Shown one piece after another: positions 31,279-41,271 of a DNA stretch of 64,000 nucleotides. The notes under the pieces are model-generated. The model did no database searches, had not been told where the DNA came from, and saw only the letters and a program-made list of their open reading frames with translations. Position numbers and translations under genes: made by a program. Position 1 is the first letter of the stretch. Each line of letters opens with the position of its first letter. Source of the DNA: a virus; IMG/VR virus record IMGVR_UViG_3300046737_000227, positions 1 through 64,000 of that record. One strand, 5' to 3'.

Positions 31279-31805
31279 AAAATCTCCTGGCCATCCTCTC
31301 ACTCCTCCTGCTGGTCGGCTGCACGCTCCCGCTTAAACCGGGCGCGTCAACCCTCGTTATGCCGGACGGACAGGTGGTCAAGGTCGTTCAATCGCAGAAC
31401 CCGAAGAACGACACGGTGCAGGATTACAAACGAGTGACCGACCCGAACGGTGCCACGACCGAGGAGGTTCATACCAAAATCGGCGCAGCCCAGAAGGACG
31501 TGGCTCGCGAAGTCGCGGCCAAGCTCGGCTCGCTTCGCCCCGTGATGTGGGTGGGTATACTCGTTTTCCTTTTCGGCGCGGCCAGTGCGGTGTGGCCTCC
31601 GCTCAAGGTTCTCGTCGGCGGCAGTGTTACGACCAGCGCGGTTATCGCCGCGGCGGGGCTCGCCATGATTGTGTTGCCGGTCGTTGTCGTCGGGCACGAA
31701 GTTCTGATTCTCGCAGTCGCCGCGGGAGCGGGTGCGCTGTGGTTCTTCGCGCATCGCCACGGACATTTGCGTGGACAGGTCAATGAACTTCTTAAGGAAA
31801 AGTAA
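31275..31805 (+). CDS. lipoprotein with C-terminal TM helices (176 aa)
   Basis: Lipobox LLLLVGC after a signal peptide, then 3 hydrophobic helices. Confidence 0.6.
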   Translation: MKNLLAILSLLLLVGCTLPLKPGASTLVMPDGQVVKVVQSQNPKNDTVQDYKRVTDPNGATTEEVHTKIGAAQKDVAREVAAKLGSLRPVMWVGILVFLFGAASAVWPPLKVLVGGSVTTSAVIAAAGLAMIVLPVVVVGHEVLILAVAAGAGALWFFAHRHGHLRGQVNELLKEK

Positions 31806-31808
31806 GCT

Positions 31809-32957
31809 ATGTCTTGTGGTTCTTGCGGAAATAATAATTGCGGCGGTTGCAATGAGTGCAACAGCTTTGTCACGGGCTGTGGGGCGTCGGGCACGCCGTG
31901 CGGCTCGTGCCCGCCGAATAGCGCCGATTGCGAAACGCTTCCGAGTGCGCTCCAAAACTTTGTCGATGCCTTCTTCGGTGCTGTCACCAAAACGGAAATC
32001 GACGGGCAAGTAACGTGGATTCTCCCATGTAACCTGGACATCGGGTTGCCGGGTAACCCGCGCGCGGACGGCGAAGGGCTCGCCTGCTATTTTCTTCGGT
32101 TGTTCCGGGACGGAATTAACGGGCTCGAGGGTCCCACTGGCCCGACGGGCGCTGCCGGCGAAAACGGCGCGAACGCCTGGACGATTATCCTCACGGCATT
32201 TGTTCAGCCGGCTGCGGGCGGCACGGTAAATTTCAACATCGTCGCTTCGCCGACCATCACGGTGGGCCAGACGTTTTTCGTCCCCGGCTCCGGGTATTAC
32301 ATCGTCACGAGCCGCATCTCGAATTCGGTTTTTGCTCAGCTCATCGAAGCTGTGCCGTCGCCCAACGCGGTGACGGTCCCCGGCACCATCGCTCTCCCCT
32401 GTGGTCCGCGCGGGCTCACGATTACCGGCCCGACCGGTGCTCCCGGTTTGGCGGGTCCGACGGGTGCCCAAGGTCCCACGGGTCCAACTGGCGCAACGGG
32501 CGCAACGGGTCCGACTGGACCGACGGGCGCGGTCACGACGAACGCGAACGGTCAGGTGACCGTCACGGGTGCGACGGACTTTACGGTCACGAACGCGGAC
32601 CAAAAAATCTCGTTCGGTATCTCGGACCCCGAGGTGACGCTCCCCTCAATCGGGACGTATCTTGTGATGGCTCGATTCCGCTGCTATCAGCAAATCGGCA
32701 GCGGCGACAATCTTGGTTGGGATTTTTACATGAACAACCAGACGACCGCTACCCCCGTCCCGGGAGGCGAGCATCCGGACGTGCTGATTCTAAACACGGG
32801 CGCGCCGACGCATTCTCAGTATTACCACATTTATTCCTTGGTCACGACGACGACCATCAACAACATCATCGACGTGCACGTGCAGTCGGAGAGCGGTTCC
32901 GCGCCGCAGACGATTTATCAGGACGGCTCGACCATCCTGTTCATCCAACTGTCCTAA
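31809..32957 (+). CDS. collagen-like repeat fibre protein with Cys-rich N-terminus (382 aa)
   Basis: N-terminal CGSCGNNNCGGCNECNSFVTGCGASGTPCGSCPP. Gly-X-Y runs [14 protein letters not shown] and [35 protein letters not shown]. Confidence 0.75.
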   Translation: MSCGSCGNNNCGGCNECNSFVTGCGASGTPCGSCPPNSADCETLPSALQNFVDAFFGAVTKTEIDGQVTWILPCNLDIGLPGNPRADGEGLACYFLRLFRDGINGLEGPTGPTGAAGENGANAWTIILTAFVQPAAGGTVNFNIVASPTITVGQTFFVPGSGYYIVTSRISNSVFAQLIEAVPSPNAVTVPGTIALPCGPRGLTITGPTGAPGLAGPTGAQGPTGPTGATGATGPTGPTGAVTTNANGQVTVTGATDFTVTNADQKISFGISDPEVTLPSIGTYLVMARFRCYQQIGSGDNLGWDFYMNNQTTATPVPGGEHPDVLILNTGAPTHSQYYHIYSLVTTTTINNIIDVHVQSESGSAPQTIYQDGSTILFIQLS

Positions 32958-33172
32958 TGAAAGACTGCACACATCCACTTCATCGCGATGACGAGGGAGA
33001 TTTGTCCCGTCCGTGTTTTCCACGTGGCTCGACGAAAATCCTGCCCGGGCGCACGCTGCCCCCGCGCATCATCGTGAACCAGACGGACGACGTGCTCCAG
33101 GACGAGGCCGGTTTTCCGATTCTGGATGAAGTGACCGGTCAGACCATCATCGACGATTTGCGACGACAATGA
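32958..33172 (+). CDS. hypothetical protein (71 aa)
   Basis: ATG immediately after the upstream TAA. Internal to ORF 32717..33172. Confidence 0.4.
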
Positions 33173-34269
33173 AAGTTTCAACCTACGTAGCCGGAGAAGA
33201 GGCGAATCCCGAAGGGTGGCTGTTCATCGCCGAACGCCAGCCGGACGGTTCTTACGAGACAAAGAAAATCGCCCCCGACAAACTCGGTGAAACGGGTCCT
33301 GCGGGTCCGCAAGGACTGCCGGGCTCCCCCGGCGCGACGGGTGCGACCGGTGCGCCAGGACCAACCGGCGCAACCGGAGCCGCCGGCGCAACCGGCCCCC
33401 AGGGCGCGGACAGCTCCGACGAATGGGTGCATCCCGACGGGCTGTCGGTTGACCTTTTTGAGGAGTATCCGGCGGGCGCGATTGTCGCTCCGAATGGCGG
33501 ATTCGGCTGGGACACCGCCGGCGTCGTCTCGGGCGGAACCATCGTCCAGCGCAACGTCGCGAATGGCCGCACAGAAAAGCGACTCAGCTTGACCGCCGGT
33601 GAATTCGCTCGCAAGCTCTACGTTGGCGGTGACTGGCATCGCCTGCGAATTGCGGTCCTGCTGCGCGTTAACGGCGCGTCCACTTTTACCGGGAATGGCT
33701 TTATCGGGCTATGTAGCGGGACGGCCAATCCCTTCGGCGGGACGACGGACAACGCCGTCGGTATTTATTTTGACCCGGTGAATGTGAATTCCTGGGCGTT
33801 CACGAACGGGACGACGGCGGATTTCTTCGCGCAAAGCGTGGGCACGCGGTTCGTCACCAAGCGCGGCGCGAGTGTCACCGACCAAGGCGGTGGAGCGGGC
33901 TCGGACGGGCGTCGGTTCGCCTCGGACGAAGACCACCGCTCACTTTTCCTGCTCGAGTATCGTCGTCCGGTTTTTGCGACCGCGGCCACGTCGGTGAGTT
34001 ACGAAGTTTCGATGCGCTCGACTAACGCGGCCCAAGCCGAATTCTCGCTCAGCAAGCGCGCTCTGTTCGACGCAATTTTAGACAGCGCAAACAACAGCAC
34101 CATCTGTCAGAGTGATACGATGGTAACGCTGACCGGCTCGGGTTCGACCACGGTCGCCAACACTTTCAGTTTCGACGAGAGCACGGGCGCCTTCGACACG
34201 CTCAACCTCCGCTGGGACGGCGCGCACCCGCTGGAAATCTGCGGGCTGGCGGTTCACAAGATTTACTAA
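33169..34269 (+). CDS. collagen-like repeat fibre protein (366 aa)
   Basis: [41 protein letters not shown], then a globular domain paralogous to that of 34272-35582. Confidence 0.75.
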   Translation: MKVSTYVAGEEANPEGWLFIAERQPDGSYETKKIAPDKLGETGPAGPQGLPGSPGATGATGAPGPTGATGAAGATGPQGADSSDEWVHPDGLSVDLFEEYPAGAIVAPNGGFGWDTAGVVSGGTIVQRNVANGRTEKRLSLTAGEFARKLYVGGDWHRLRIAVLLRVNGASTFTGNGFIGLCSGTANPFGGTTDNAVGIYFDPVNVNSWAFTNGTTADFFAQSVGTRFVTKRGASVTDQGGGAGSDGRRFASDEDHRSLFLLEYRRPVFATAATSVSYEVSMRSTNAAQAEFSLSKRALFDAILDSANNSTICQSDTMVTLTGSGSTTVANTFSFDESTGAFDTLNLRWDGAHPLEICGLAVHKIY

Positions 34270-34271
34270 AA

Positions 34272-35582
34272 ATGAACGTCTCCCTCGAAGAAATTTTTGA
34301 GCAGTCGCCGGTCACGGTTAACGGTGACGGGCATCTGTTGATTGGCCAGCTCAACGATGGCGGCGTGATTCAGCTGAAGCGAATTCATGTTACCACGTTG
34401 AATCAAGCGGTCGGCCCCACGGGTCCCACGGGTCCCACGGGCGCGAACGGAACGAACGGCACGAACGGCGTGACGGGTCCGACCGGACCCACGGGTCCCA
34501 CGGGTCCCACCGGCCCGGTTGGTCCGACGGGTTCCAACGGTCCCACGGGTCCGACTGGGCCAGCAGGCAGCACGGGTGCAACCGGACCTACTGGTCCGAC
34601 GGGCGCGAGCGGCGCAACCGGCCCAACGGGAGCTGCCGGCGCAACGGGTCCTACGGGTCCCACGGGAGCCGCCGGCGCAACTGGCGCAACGGGTCCGACG
34701 GGTCCCACAGGCCCGACGGGAGCAAACGGCACGAGCGGAGCGGATGGCGCTTCGTTCACGGTCGATTCATTCGCGCTGGATAATTTTGATGGATACGCGA
34801 CTGGCTCCATCTCTACTTTTTCCAGTGGCTCGGGATGGAGTGGCTCGGGTGCCGCATCGGGCGCGACTATCGTCGAAGTTACGATGTCGGACGGTCGTAT
34901 TGATAGGCGCATGTCGCTTGTCGGCCCGGGGGAATTCAAGCGAAAAATGATTTGGGGCGAAAAATGGAAACGCCTTCGCATCGGTCTGTTGCTACGCATC
35001 AACGGCGGGTCGACCATCACGGGCGATTTCGCTTTCGGCGTGTGCTCGGGCATCACTAACGGGGTAGGAAGTGCGGCGTGCACTAACTTCATCGGAGCGA
35101 CGACCCGCGTGGGCAACACGAATCAGTATACTTTTGCTGCCGGCAGTGACGTCGGGGTTTTCACCGCGACCTTTGCCGGCGGCTCGTCCAAGCGTGTGAA
35201 TACCTTCACGGACTACGGCGGGGTGTCCTCGATGAAAGGTTATCCGGCGACGGGGTCTTCGGCGCTTTGCATCAACATGCTGGACATCAAACGGGGCCGA
35301 CTCGCTGCGAGTGCGACCTACAGCATGTTCGTCCAAGGCCCGACCGGGTCTGGCACCGCCGCGGGCAGCGCGGAGCAGTTCCTGGACTGGGGCACGCTGC
35401 TTCAGGCAGTTTCTGAGGTGGACACCACGAGCCCCTCCGGGTGGTGGTATGACGGGGCGGCATCCACGAACTCGGGGACCTTCGACGAATCCGCGGGGGC
35501 GCTGGATTCCATCAATGTCTGGTGGAGCCACGCCTCTACCGCCATCGAAATAGCGGGCATCGCGGTGATGAAAGCCTTTTGA
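34272..35582 (+). CDS. collagen-like repeat fibre protein (436 aa)
   Basis: About 40 Gly-X-Y triplets ([19 protein letters not shown]...), then a C-terminal domain aligning with 33169-34269: [20 protein letters not shown] vs [20 protein letters not shown]. Confidence 0.8.
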   Translation: MNVSLEEIFEQSPVTVNGDGHLLIGQLNDGGVIQLKRIHVTTLNQAVGPTGPTGPTGANGTNGTNGVTGPTGPTGPTGPTGPVGPTGSNGPTGPTGPAGSTGATGPTGPTGASGATGPTGAAGATGPTGPTGAAGATGATGPTGPTGPTGANGTSGADGASFTVDSFALDNFDGYATGSISTFSSGSGWSGSGAASGATIVEVTMSDGRIDRRMSLVGPGEFKRKMIWGEKWKRLRIGLLLRINGGSTITGDFAFGVCSGITNGVGSAACTNFIGATTRVGNTNQYTFAAGSDVGVFTATFAGGSSKRVNTFTDYGGVSSMKGYPATGSSALCINMLDIKRGRLAASATYSMFVQGPTGSGTAAGSAEQFLDWGTLLQAVSEVDTTSPSGWWYDGAASTNSGTFDESAGALDSINVWWSHASTAIEIAGIAVMKAF

Positions 35583-35585
35583 CCG

Positions 35586-35613
35586 TTGACAAAACTCATT
35601 AAAACGACACTTC
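35586..35613 (+). promoter_or_regulatory. class B promoter
   Basis: TTGACA AAACTCATTAAAACGA CACTTC TTACACG ATG(35621). Confidence 0.5.
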
Positions 35614-35620
35614 TTACACG

Positions 35621-35947
35621 ATGAAAGCGCCAATCGACCTGGGCTACAAGATGGACATGGGGCCGAGCTCCCCGTCCTCGATGCCCGACAAAATGTATCC
35701 GAACCTCCACCTCGAGTGGCCGTCGGACTACGACCTGCCCGAATCCGGCACCATGACCGTGAAGTTCGTCAAGACCGGCGAGAACAAGTCCAAGGGTCCG
35801 AATGGCAAGCCGCGGTTTACCGTCGACCTGGAAATCAAGTCCATTGAATCCGTGAAGAAGGGAAAAGTCGAAGCCGAGGAAAAAGAGGAAACCGGCGCCG
35901 AGGCGTTGGACCGCCACGCGGCTGAGATGGAAGAGGAATCTTACTAA
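35621..35947 (+). CDS. hypothetical acidic-tailed virion-module protein (108 aa)
   Basis: ORF 7 nt after the promoter hexamer. Confidence 0.6.
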   Translation: MKAPIDLGYKMDMGPSSPSSMPDKMYPNLHLEWPSDYDLPESGTMTVKFVKTGENKSKGPNGKPRFTVDLEIKSIESVKKGKVEAEEKEETGAEALDRHAAEMEEESY

Positions 35948-36894
35948 TGTTCCAGGCCAAGGACATTTTCGACGACGCCAAAGACATCTTCGGCATCTGT
36001 CGCGAGGAAAAACTTTTTCGCTGGATGACCGACGCGATTCGGATGTTGGCGAACAAGGGCGACATCGACCCGCTTGTGGGCGCGCTGGATATCTGCGTGC
36101 AGAATAAATGCGTCACGCTCCCGCGCGAAGTGGAAACCGTCCTCGGGGTGAACCTCGCGGGCCGCCCGGCTCTCGGGCACAATGAACTTTTTTCGTTCCA
36201 CTTGAACGGTCCCGGCGATTGCAAAAATCGCTGCGACTACTCGTGGTTCGATGAGCTGCCGGCGGTGACCTACAAGGACATCATCTGCCCGGGCCGACTC
36301 GTGGCGTTCGTGGACAAGCCCGAAGACTCCGGCGTGGAGCTGCGCGTATTCGGATTCGACAACCAGAACAAGCCGCTGCAAACTTTGGAGGACGGCGTCT
36401 GGACGGACGGGCTTCTGGTCCCCACAATTTTTGGCTACGCGGTCCCCGCGTCGACGGACCCGCTGGTGAGCCGCATCACTGACATCGTCAAAGGTCCCTC
36501 GGCTGGAATCATCCGGCTCTCGACCTACGACAACTCGTCCAGCTCCGGCACGCTGATTGGAATCTACGACCCGGACGAAACGCATCCGCGCTACCGGCGC
36601 ATCAAGATTTCCCGCGGCTGCCCGTGGGTCCGCATCGTCTATCGGAAGAAGTCTTTCGACATTACGAGCCTGAACACGCGCATTCTTTTGCACAGCCGGT
36701 TCGCGTTAGTGATGGCGATGAAAGCCGTGAAGTTTTATTTGGACAGCGACGTGGCCAACGGCATGCAGTTCGAGGCCCACGCGTCGCGGATTCTCACCGA
36801 ACAAGAGGGGGCGCTCGTCAGCCCGAACGCAATGCCGATGCAGGTCGAAGACCGCAACAGCATCATGCAAAAAGACGATTGGAACGTAGACTGA
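35947..36894 (+). CDS. structural protein (315 aa), adaptor or tail-tube A candidate
   Basis: Called only from position before a 656-aa structural ORF in a podovirus-like order. Confidence 0.35.
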   Translation: MFQAKDIFDDAKDIFGICREEKLFRWMTDAIRMLANKGDIDPLVGALDICVQNKCVTLPREVETVLGVNLAGRPALGHNELFSFHLNGPGDCKNRCDYSWFDELPAVTYKDIICPGRLVAFVDKPEDSGVELRVFGFDNQNKPLQTLEDGVWTDGLLVPTIFGYAVPASTDPLVSRITDIVKGPSAGIIRLSTYDNSSSSGTLIGIYDPDETHPRYRRIKISRGCPWVRIVYRKKSFDITSLNTRILLHSRFALVMAMKAVKFYLDSDVANGMQFEAHASRILTEQEGALVSPNAMPMQVEDRNSIMQKDDWNVD

Positions 36895-36896
36895 TT

Positions 36897-37094
36897 ATGA
36901 AGAACGTGAAGCAAGACATGGGCAAAGCTCCGTCGAGTGGCGCGGTTGAAAACGCCAAGACGAACGCGAACATGCCCGCCCCGCAGGACATCTTCGATTA
37001 CTCGGATGCGAACTGCGAAGACAAGGACCGCGTCGACCGTTTGAAAAACGGGCACGACAAAGGCAACTACAGCCAATACAACGGGAGCCTGTAA
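36897..37094 (+). CDS. hypothetical protein (65 aa)
   Basis: Internal ATG of ORF 36624..37094, right after the upstream stop. Confidence 0.45.
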   Translation: MKNVKQDMGKAPSSGAVENAKTNANMPAPQDIFDYSDANCEDKDRVDRLKNGHDKGNYSQYNGSL

Positions 37095-37097
37095 TAA

Positions 37098-39068
37098 GTG
37101 ACGCCGCGCGTAGAGGATGGGGAGATTACCTTTATTGGGGGCATGGATTCCATGTCCGACCCCCAACAGGCGACTCCCGGCTTTTATGCTCGCAGCATGA
37201 ACACGGTGAACCGCGGCGGCATTATCCAGTGTCGCCCCGGCTATCGCTGCAAGTTTGTGATGCCGCCCGGCAACCTGCAAGGTGGGATTGTCTTTCGTCC
37301 GAAAGTCGGACTGGAATCCATTGTCTTTGCGGTGGACGGCCTCGTGTATTTGTCCGAGTTTCCGTATCGCACCTACCGACAGCTCGATATTCAGTTTTCG
37401 CCGACCGCGCGCCAGCTGTTTTTCGTCCAGGCCGAGCAAGCCGTGACGCGAAACGACGACGGTAGCCTGCGAATCGTCCCCGCGGTTAACCTCATCATCA
37501 TCCAGGACGGCGGACTCACCGCCCCGGCGGTGTTCGACGGCTACAACGCCGCGCACGACGCCAACATCAAGCTCGGCGGTCCGATGGCTTGGTCCGGGGA
37601 CCGGCTTTGGGTCGGCCAGGGCGCAAAACTTTTCGCCAGCGATTTATACGACCCCCGACATTTTCTCGAGCCGCAATACTTCGCCACCATCGAGGCGTTT
37701 ACCCTCCCCGGCGAAATCACCGCACTGGCCGAGCCAGTGGCGAATGCGGAGCTGGCCTCGCTGTGTGTTTTCACGGACTCGACCACCACGCTCATCCAGT
37801 CGGGAATCCGCAATCGTTCGACGTGGATTAACACCCCCAACTTTCAGTTCCTGCAGTTCCCGGCCATCGGCTGTGTATCCGCGAAAGCAACTACGTCTTA
37901 TCACGGGCTGCTGTGGTGGTTCACCGGTGACGGGCTCACCAACATCAACGCTGCGGAGATGACGCGCCGCACGTCCATCATGGAAGACCAAGACTCTGAG
38001 ATGCTGGACAGCAAAGGCCGCCTGGGCGCGGACTTGAGCGGCATCGCGATGGGTTCGTTCGAGCATTATCTGCTTGTGTCGGTGCCCTTCTGCGACCGCT
38101 ACAACTCGCACACGTGGTGCATGGACGGCGCCACGCTGATGAAAAAAGGCCAGGACCCCTTCACCTGGAATTCCTACTGGACGGGCACCCGTCCGACGGA
38201 CTGGTTCACCGGCCTTTTTGCTGGCTCGAACCGAGCGTTTTTCGCAAGCAAAGATTACGACGGCCAGAATCGGCTCTGGGAGGCGTTTACTCCCGACCGA
38301 CTGGACGACGGTTGTCCGATTACGTGGTTCGTGGAAACGCGCGCGTATGACGGGAATCTTCCCCTCAAGGACAAAACGGTTCGGTATGCAGACATCTATT
38401 TGTCTGAGCTGGCCGGCACGGTGGACGTCGGCGTCTTCTGGGCTGGCCCGTATCGTGGACGGTATAAACGCATCCTGACGAAACGAATTGAGGCGCCACG
38501 TGGCTCCATTCGTCAGGGGCATAACATCACCAGCGAACAGAAATTGTTTGCGTTCAAGAAACAGACCCGCCCGCTCCGCACCCAGGACGCGAAAGAGCTG
38601 GCATCGGCTGAGGACTTGTCCTCTTGCGACATTGAACATTTTCGGCTGGAATTTCTCGATGAATCTTTTCAGCTTCTCATTGTTGGCTCTGGTCCTGGTG
38701 CTGTTCGTGGACTTCGTCTTTACTTGGAACCCGCTCCCGGCACTCCGGGCGCGGTTGGCCCAAACAAAGAACTGTCGGGCCGCTGCGAGGAAAACGAAAC
38801 GCCGGACCAAAATTTCGTCCGATTCGACGGAGCCGCCTCTGACTCCGTTGCGTCGCTGAACGAAAACATTCCGCTGTTCACGAGCAACCAGACGGTCAGC
38901 GTAACCGAGCAGGGCTTCACCGAAGTCGGCACGGGATACGCGGAGTCGGTCATCAGCCAGGACGACGCGGATAAAATCGCGCGCATCATCGCACGGCGAA
39001 AAGCTTGCCACGAGCTGGAGCTCGTGCTTCCGCTCATCGCCTCAACCGGGACGGGACTCCCGCTATGA
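37098..39068 (+). CDS. large structural protein (656 aa), tail-tube B/nozzle candidate
   Basis: Long ORF with a GTG start. Function inferred from order and size only. Confidence 0.4.
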   Translation: MTPRVEDGEITFIGGMDSMSDPQQATPGFYARSMNTVNRGGIIQCRPGYRCKFVMPPGNLQGGIVFRPKVGLESIVFAVDGLVYLSEFPYRTYRQLDIQFSPTARQLFFVQAEQAVTRNDDGSLRIVPAVNLIIIQDGGLTAPAVFDGYNAAHDANIKLGGPMAWSGDRLWVGQGAKLFASDLYDPRHFLEPQYFATIEAFTLPGEITALAEPVANAELASLCVFTDSTTTLIQSGIRNRSTWINTPNFQFLQFPAIGCVSAKATTSYHGLLWWFTGDGLTNINAAEMTRRTSIMEDQDSEMLDSKGRLGADLSGIAMGSFEHYLLVSVPFCDRYNSHTWCMDGATLMKKGQDPFTWNSYWTGTRPTDWFTGLFAGSNRAFFASKDYDGQNRLWEAFTPDRLDDGCPITWFVETRAYDGNLPLKDKTVRYADIYLSELAGTVDVGVFWAGPYRGRYKRILTKRIEAPRGSIRQGHNITSEQKLFAFKKQTRPLRTQDAKELASAEDLSSCDIEHFRLEFLDESFQLLIVGSGPGAVRGLRLYLEPAPGTPGAVGPNKELSGRCEENETPDQNFVRFDGAASDSVASLNENIPLFTSNQTVSVTEQGFTEVGTGYAESVISQDDADKIARIIARRKACHELELVLPLIASTGTGLPL

Positions 39069-39484
39069 ACCAGTTTGAATCGTTCAAGCCAATCACCCGC
39101 CGGGAGCTGCGTATCAATTACCGGTCGCCGTTGATTTGTCAGCTCAGCCCCGCCGAAAGCGGCAGCGGCTCGGGTAACTCGATTCCCGCGTTCATCGCCA
39201 TTGTCGCGATTGACGGGCCGACCGGACTTTCTGCTGCCGTGAGCGCTTGCCCGCGCGTGGTGACGCTGACCTGGGACGTGATTGAAGACGCGGACGGCTA
39301 CAATGTGTATGCGTCCGAGGCGGCGGAAGGCCCGTTCTTTTATTTCACCTCGGTGACGAACCCGACGTATTCGCTGCCAGCAGCCGCGGGCACGGGATAT
39401 TTTCAAGTGTCGGCATTCGGTTCCTTCGGGCTCTCGAATCCGTCCGCAACCCTGGCGGTCGTCGTGCCGCCATGCGAAGAATAA
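39065..39484 (+). CDS. FN3-like domain protein (139 aa)
   Basis: ATGA overlap. VVTLTWDVIEDADGYNVYASEAAEGPFFYFTSVTNPTYSL has an FN3-type pattern. Confidence 0.5.
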   Translation: MNQFESFKPITRRELRINYRSPLICQLSPAESGSGSGNSIPAFIAIVAIDGPTGLSAAVSACPRVVTLTWDVIEDADGYNVYASEAAEGPFFYFTSVTNPTYSLPAAAGTGYFQVSAFGSFGLSNPSATLAVVVPPCEE

Positions 39485-39488
39485 TTTT

Positions 39489-39818
39489 ATGCCGAACCCT
39501 AACTCAAACGGAAACGGAAATGGAAACGGTGGCGGCAACGCGCCTCAGAACCCCGGGCACGGAAACGGCCACGCTAATTCCGCGGACGCGAAAAAGGCGC
39601 TCGATACGCTCGTCGTGGCGTTCGGCAAAGACTTTCACCGAAAAGACGGGACCATCTTCCGCGTCTCGACGAACGCGATTGCGGACTTCGAGGCACTGGT
39701 GACCGCCGACGACGGCGACGCCCTGGCGAAGTATTTGGAGAAGCCCATCCAGCTTTTGCTGGCGCAAATTTTTGCTTTACAAGAGCGCGTCGCTGCTCTA
39801 GAACATGGGCAACCGTGA
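39489..39818 (+). CDS. hypothetical protein with Asn/Gly-rich N-terminus (109 aa)
   Basis: MPNPNSNGNGNGNGGGNAPQNPGHGNGH... Confidence 0.55.
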   Translation: MPNPNSNGNGNGNGGGNAPQNPGHGNGHANSADAKKALDTLVVAFGKDFHRKDGTIFRVSTNAIADFEALVTADDGDALAKYLEKPIQLLLAQIFALQERVAALEHGQP

Positions 39819-40192
39819 TGGACACGTATTACGCAACGCTAACGCCGGAACAGAAGGCCGCAAAGGTCGAGAAGAATCGCGCTCGGCTTACCCCGGAGAA
39901 GCGCGCGGAGTATTATCAAACCGCGCTCGAGAAACAGCGGAAGCGAACGGCCCTGGTCAAGCTCTTAAAGGCCGAACGCGGCTGCTACGACTGTGGGGCC
40001 ATGTTACCGCCCGAGTGTTTGGACTGGGACCATCGTCCTGGAACTGAGAAATGTTTTACGCCGTCGAAAGCGCTGGGAACTGTTCCCATCGACCGACTGG
40101 TTGATGAATTGAATAAGTGCGACGTGGTGTGCTCTAATTGCCATCGCATCCGCACGGAACAACGAAAGAAATATGCCGCTCCAACGAACTAA
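39815..40192 (+). CDS. HNH endonuclease (125 aa; ATG at 39818 also possible)
   Basis: CYDCGA...DWDHRPG...CDVVCSNCHRIRT. Paralog of 12066-12524. Confidence 0.8.
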   Translation: MMDTYYATLTPEQKAAKVEKNRARLTPEKRAEYYQTALEKQRKRTALVKLLKAERGCYDCGAMLPPECLDWDHRPGTEKCFTPSKALGTVPIDRLVDELNKCDVVCSNCHRIRTEQRKKYAAPTN

Positions 40193-41252
40193 TTTGGTCA
40201 TCGTTGCAAGTCAGTTGCCGCCAGACCTGGAAGGGACGCCCCAGGAATTCTTCGCGGCCATGCTCGAACGCATGGACATCCAGTCCCCGGTCGGAACGAA
40301 CTTTTTCGTCATCGGTGACGTGGAGCCCGCGAGCAACAGCGGCCCGTGGTTCAAAAACGGGACCAAGCTCTACGTCTTCGACATCAACGAGGGGCATTAC
40401 GTCCCGCTCGACATCTCGGACTCGCTCAGCGCGTTCGCGTTCATCGGACCGAACGACCCCGGCATCCCGGGTGAGAACGACCCGCTGATTTGGTTTCGCA
40501 CCGTCGGCAGCCGGCCCATCGGCTGGTATGGTTGGGACGGCAACTCGTGGGAAGCCGCCGGCACGGTTCCGAACAGCGGCAACACCGCGAACCGCCCGAC
40601 GAACCCGCTGGACCTCGAGCAGTATTGGGACACGGACATCAACTGCTTGATTCACTGGGAGCGCAACCAGTGGCGCACTCTCTCCGGCACGCCCGGCGAC
40701 GTGAAAGCGGTTACGGACACCGTTTTGACCGCGGCGCTGGCCAAAAATCCCGGCTGGTCGCTCCTCTATGACAACGACGAATCCCGTCGCGGTCGTGTCA
40801 TCGGCCAAGCGTCCAAGGACGTCGGGCTGACGCCTGAGAGCGCGGTATCTGTTCCGACCGGCATCACGCAGCGCGCCACACAGGACACCTTCGGTGCGGA
40901 AACGCACGTGCTGACGTCCCTGGAAATCGAACAGCATTCCCACTTAATCGGGCACGCGACCCTTTTGGCCAGCAATCAGGCCAACGTCGTGTTTTTCCGG
41001 GTGGAGGACGGGGACACGGAAATCCAGAACGCGGGCATCCCGCTGCCGGCGCCGCCGAACAGCCAGACCGCCCGGACGACTCACTCAAACCCGAACGGCA
41101 GCCAGGGCGGCGCCACGCTCGGGTCCACGGGCACACAGCTGATGACCAGCCGACAATTCACGCTCGAGGACGCCCCCAGCTACACGGGCGGGGCGGTTGG
41201 ACACAATAACATCCAGCCTACCGTTTATTTGTGGCACTTGACAAAAGACTAA
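40173..41252 (+). CDS. tail fibre protein with phage tail-collar-like C-terminal domain (359 aa)
   Basis: FGAETHVLTSLEIEQHSHLIG and GHNNIQPTVYLWHL match the tail-collar signature (GxE..LT...P.H.H and HNN.QP). Confidence 0.65.
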   Translation: MPLQRTNLVIVASQLPPDLEGTPQEFFAAMLERMDIQSPVGTNFFVIGDVEPASNSGPWFKNGTKLYVFDINEGHYVPLDISDSLSAFAFIGPNDPGIPGENDPLIWFRTVGSRPIGWYGWDGNSWEAAGTVPNSGNTANRPTNPLDLEQYWDTDINCLIHWERNQWRTLSGTPGDVKAVTDTVLTAALAKNPGWSLLYDNDESRRGRVIGQASKDVGLTPESAVSVPTGITQRATQDTFGAETHVLTSLEIEQHSHLIGHATLLASNQANVVFFRVEDGDTEIQNAGIPLPAPPNSQTARTTHSNPNGSQGGATLGSTGTQLMTSRQFTLEDAPSYTGGAVGHNNIQPTVYLWHLTKD

Positions 41253-41265
41253 TCGGCCACACTTC
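41238..41265 (+). promoter_or_regulatory. class B promoter
   Basis: TTGACA AAAGACTAATCGGCCA CACTTC ATAGTG ATG(41272). Confidence 0.5.
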
Positions 41266-41271
41266 ATAGTG

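Noticed and set aside
32100-34750. CRISPR-like or tandem-repeat array suggested by the periodic ggtcccacgggtcc-type DNA repeats.
   Set aside because: The periodicity is 9 nt and in frame. It encodes Gly-X-Y collagen triplets inside long ORFs, with no spacer/repeat architecture.
33169-35582. Diversity-generating retroelement acting on the paralogous fibre C-termini.
   Set aside because: No reverse transcriptase gene and no template-repeat/variable-repeat pair with adenine-specific differences is visible in the window.
37644-39011. 455-aa antisense ORF opposite the 656-aa structural gene.
   Set aside because: Shadow ORF with an Arg-rich, low-complexity product. It breaks the co-oriented, translationally coupled late operon.
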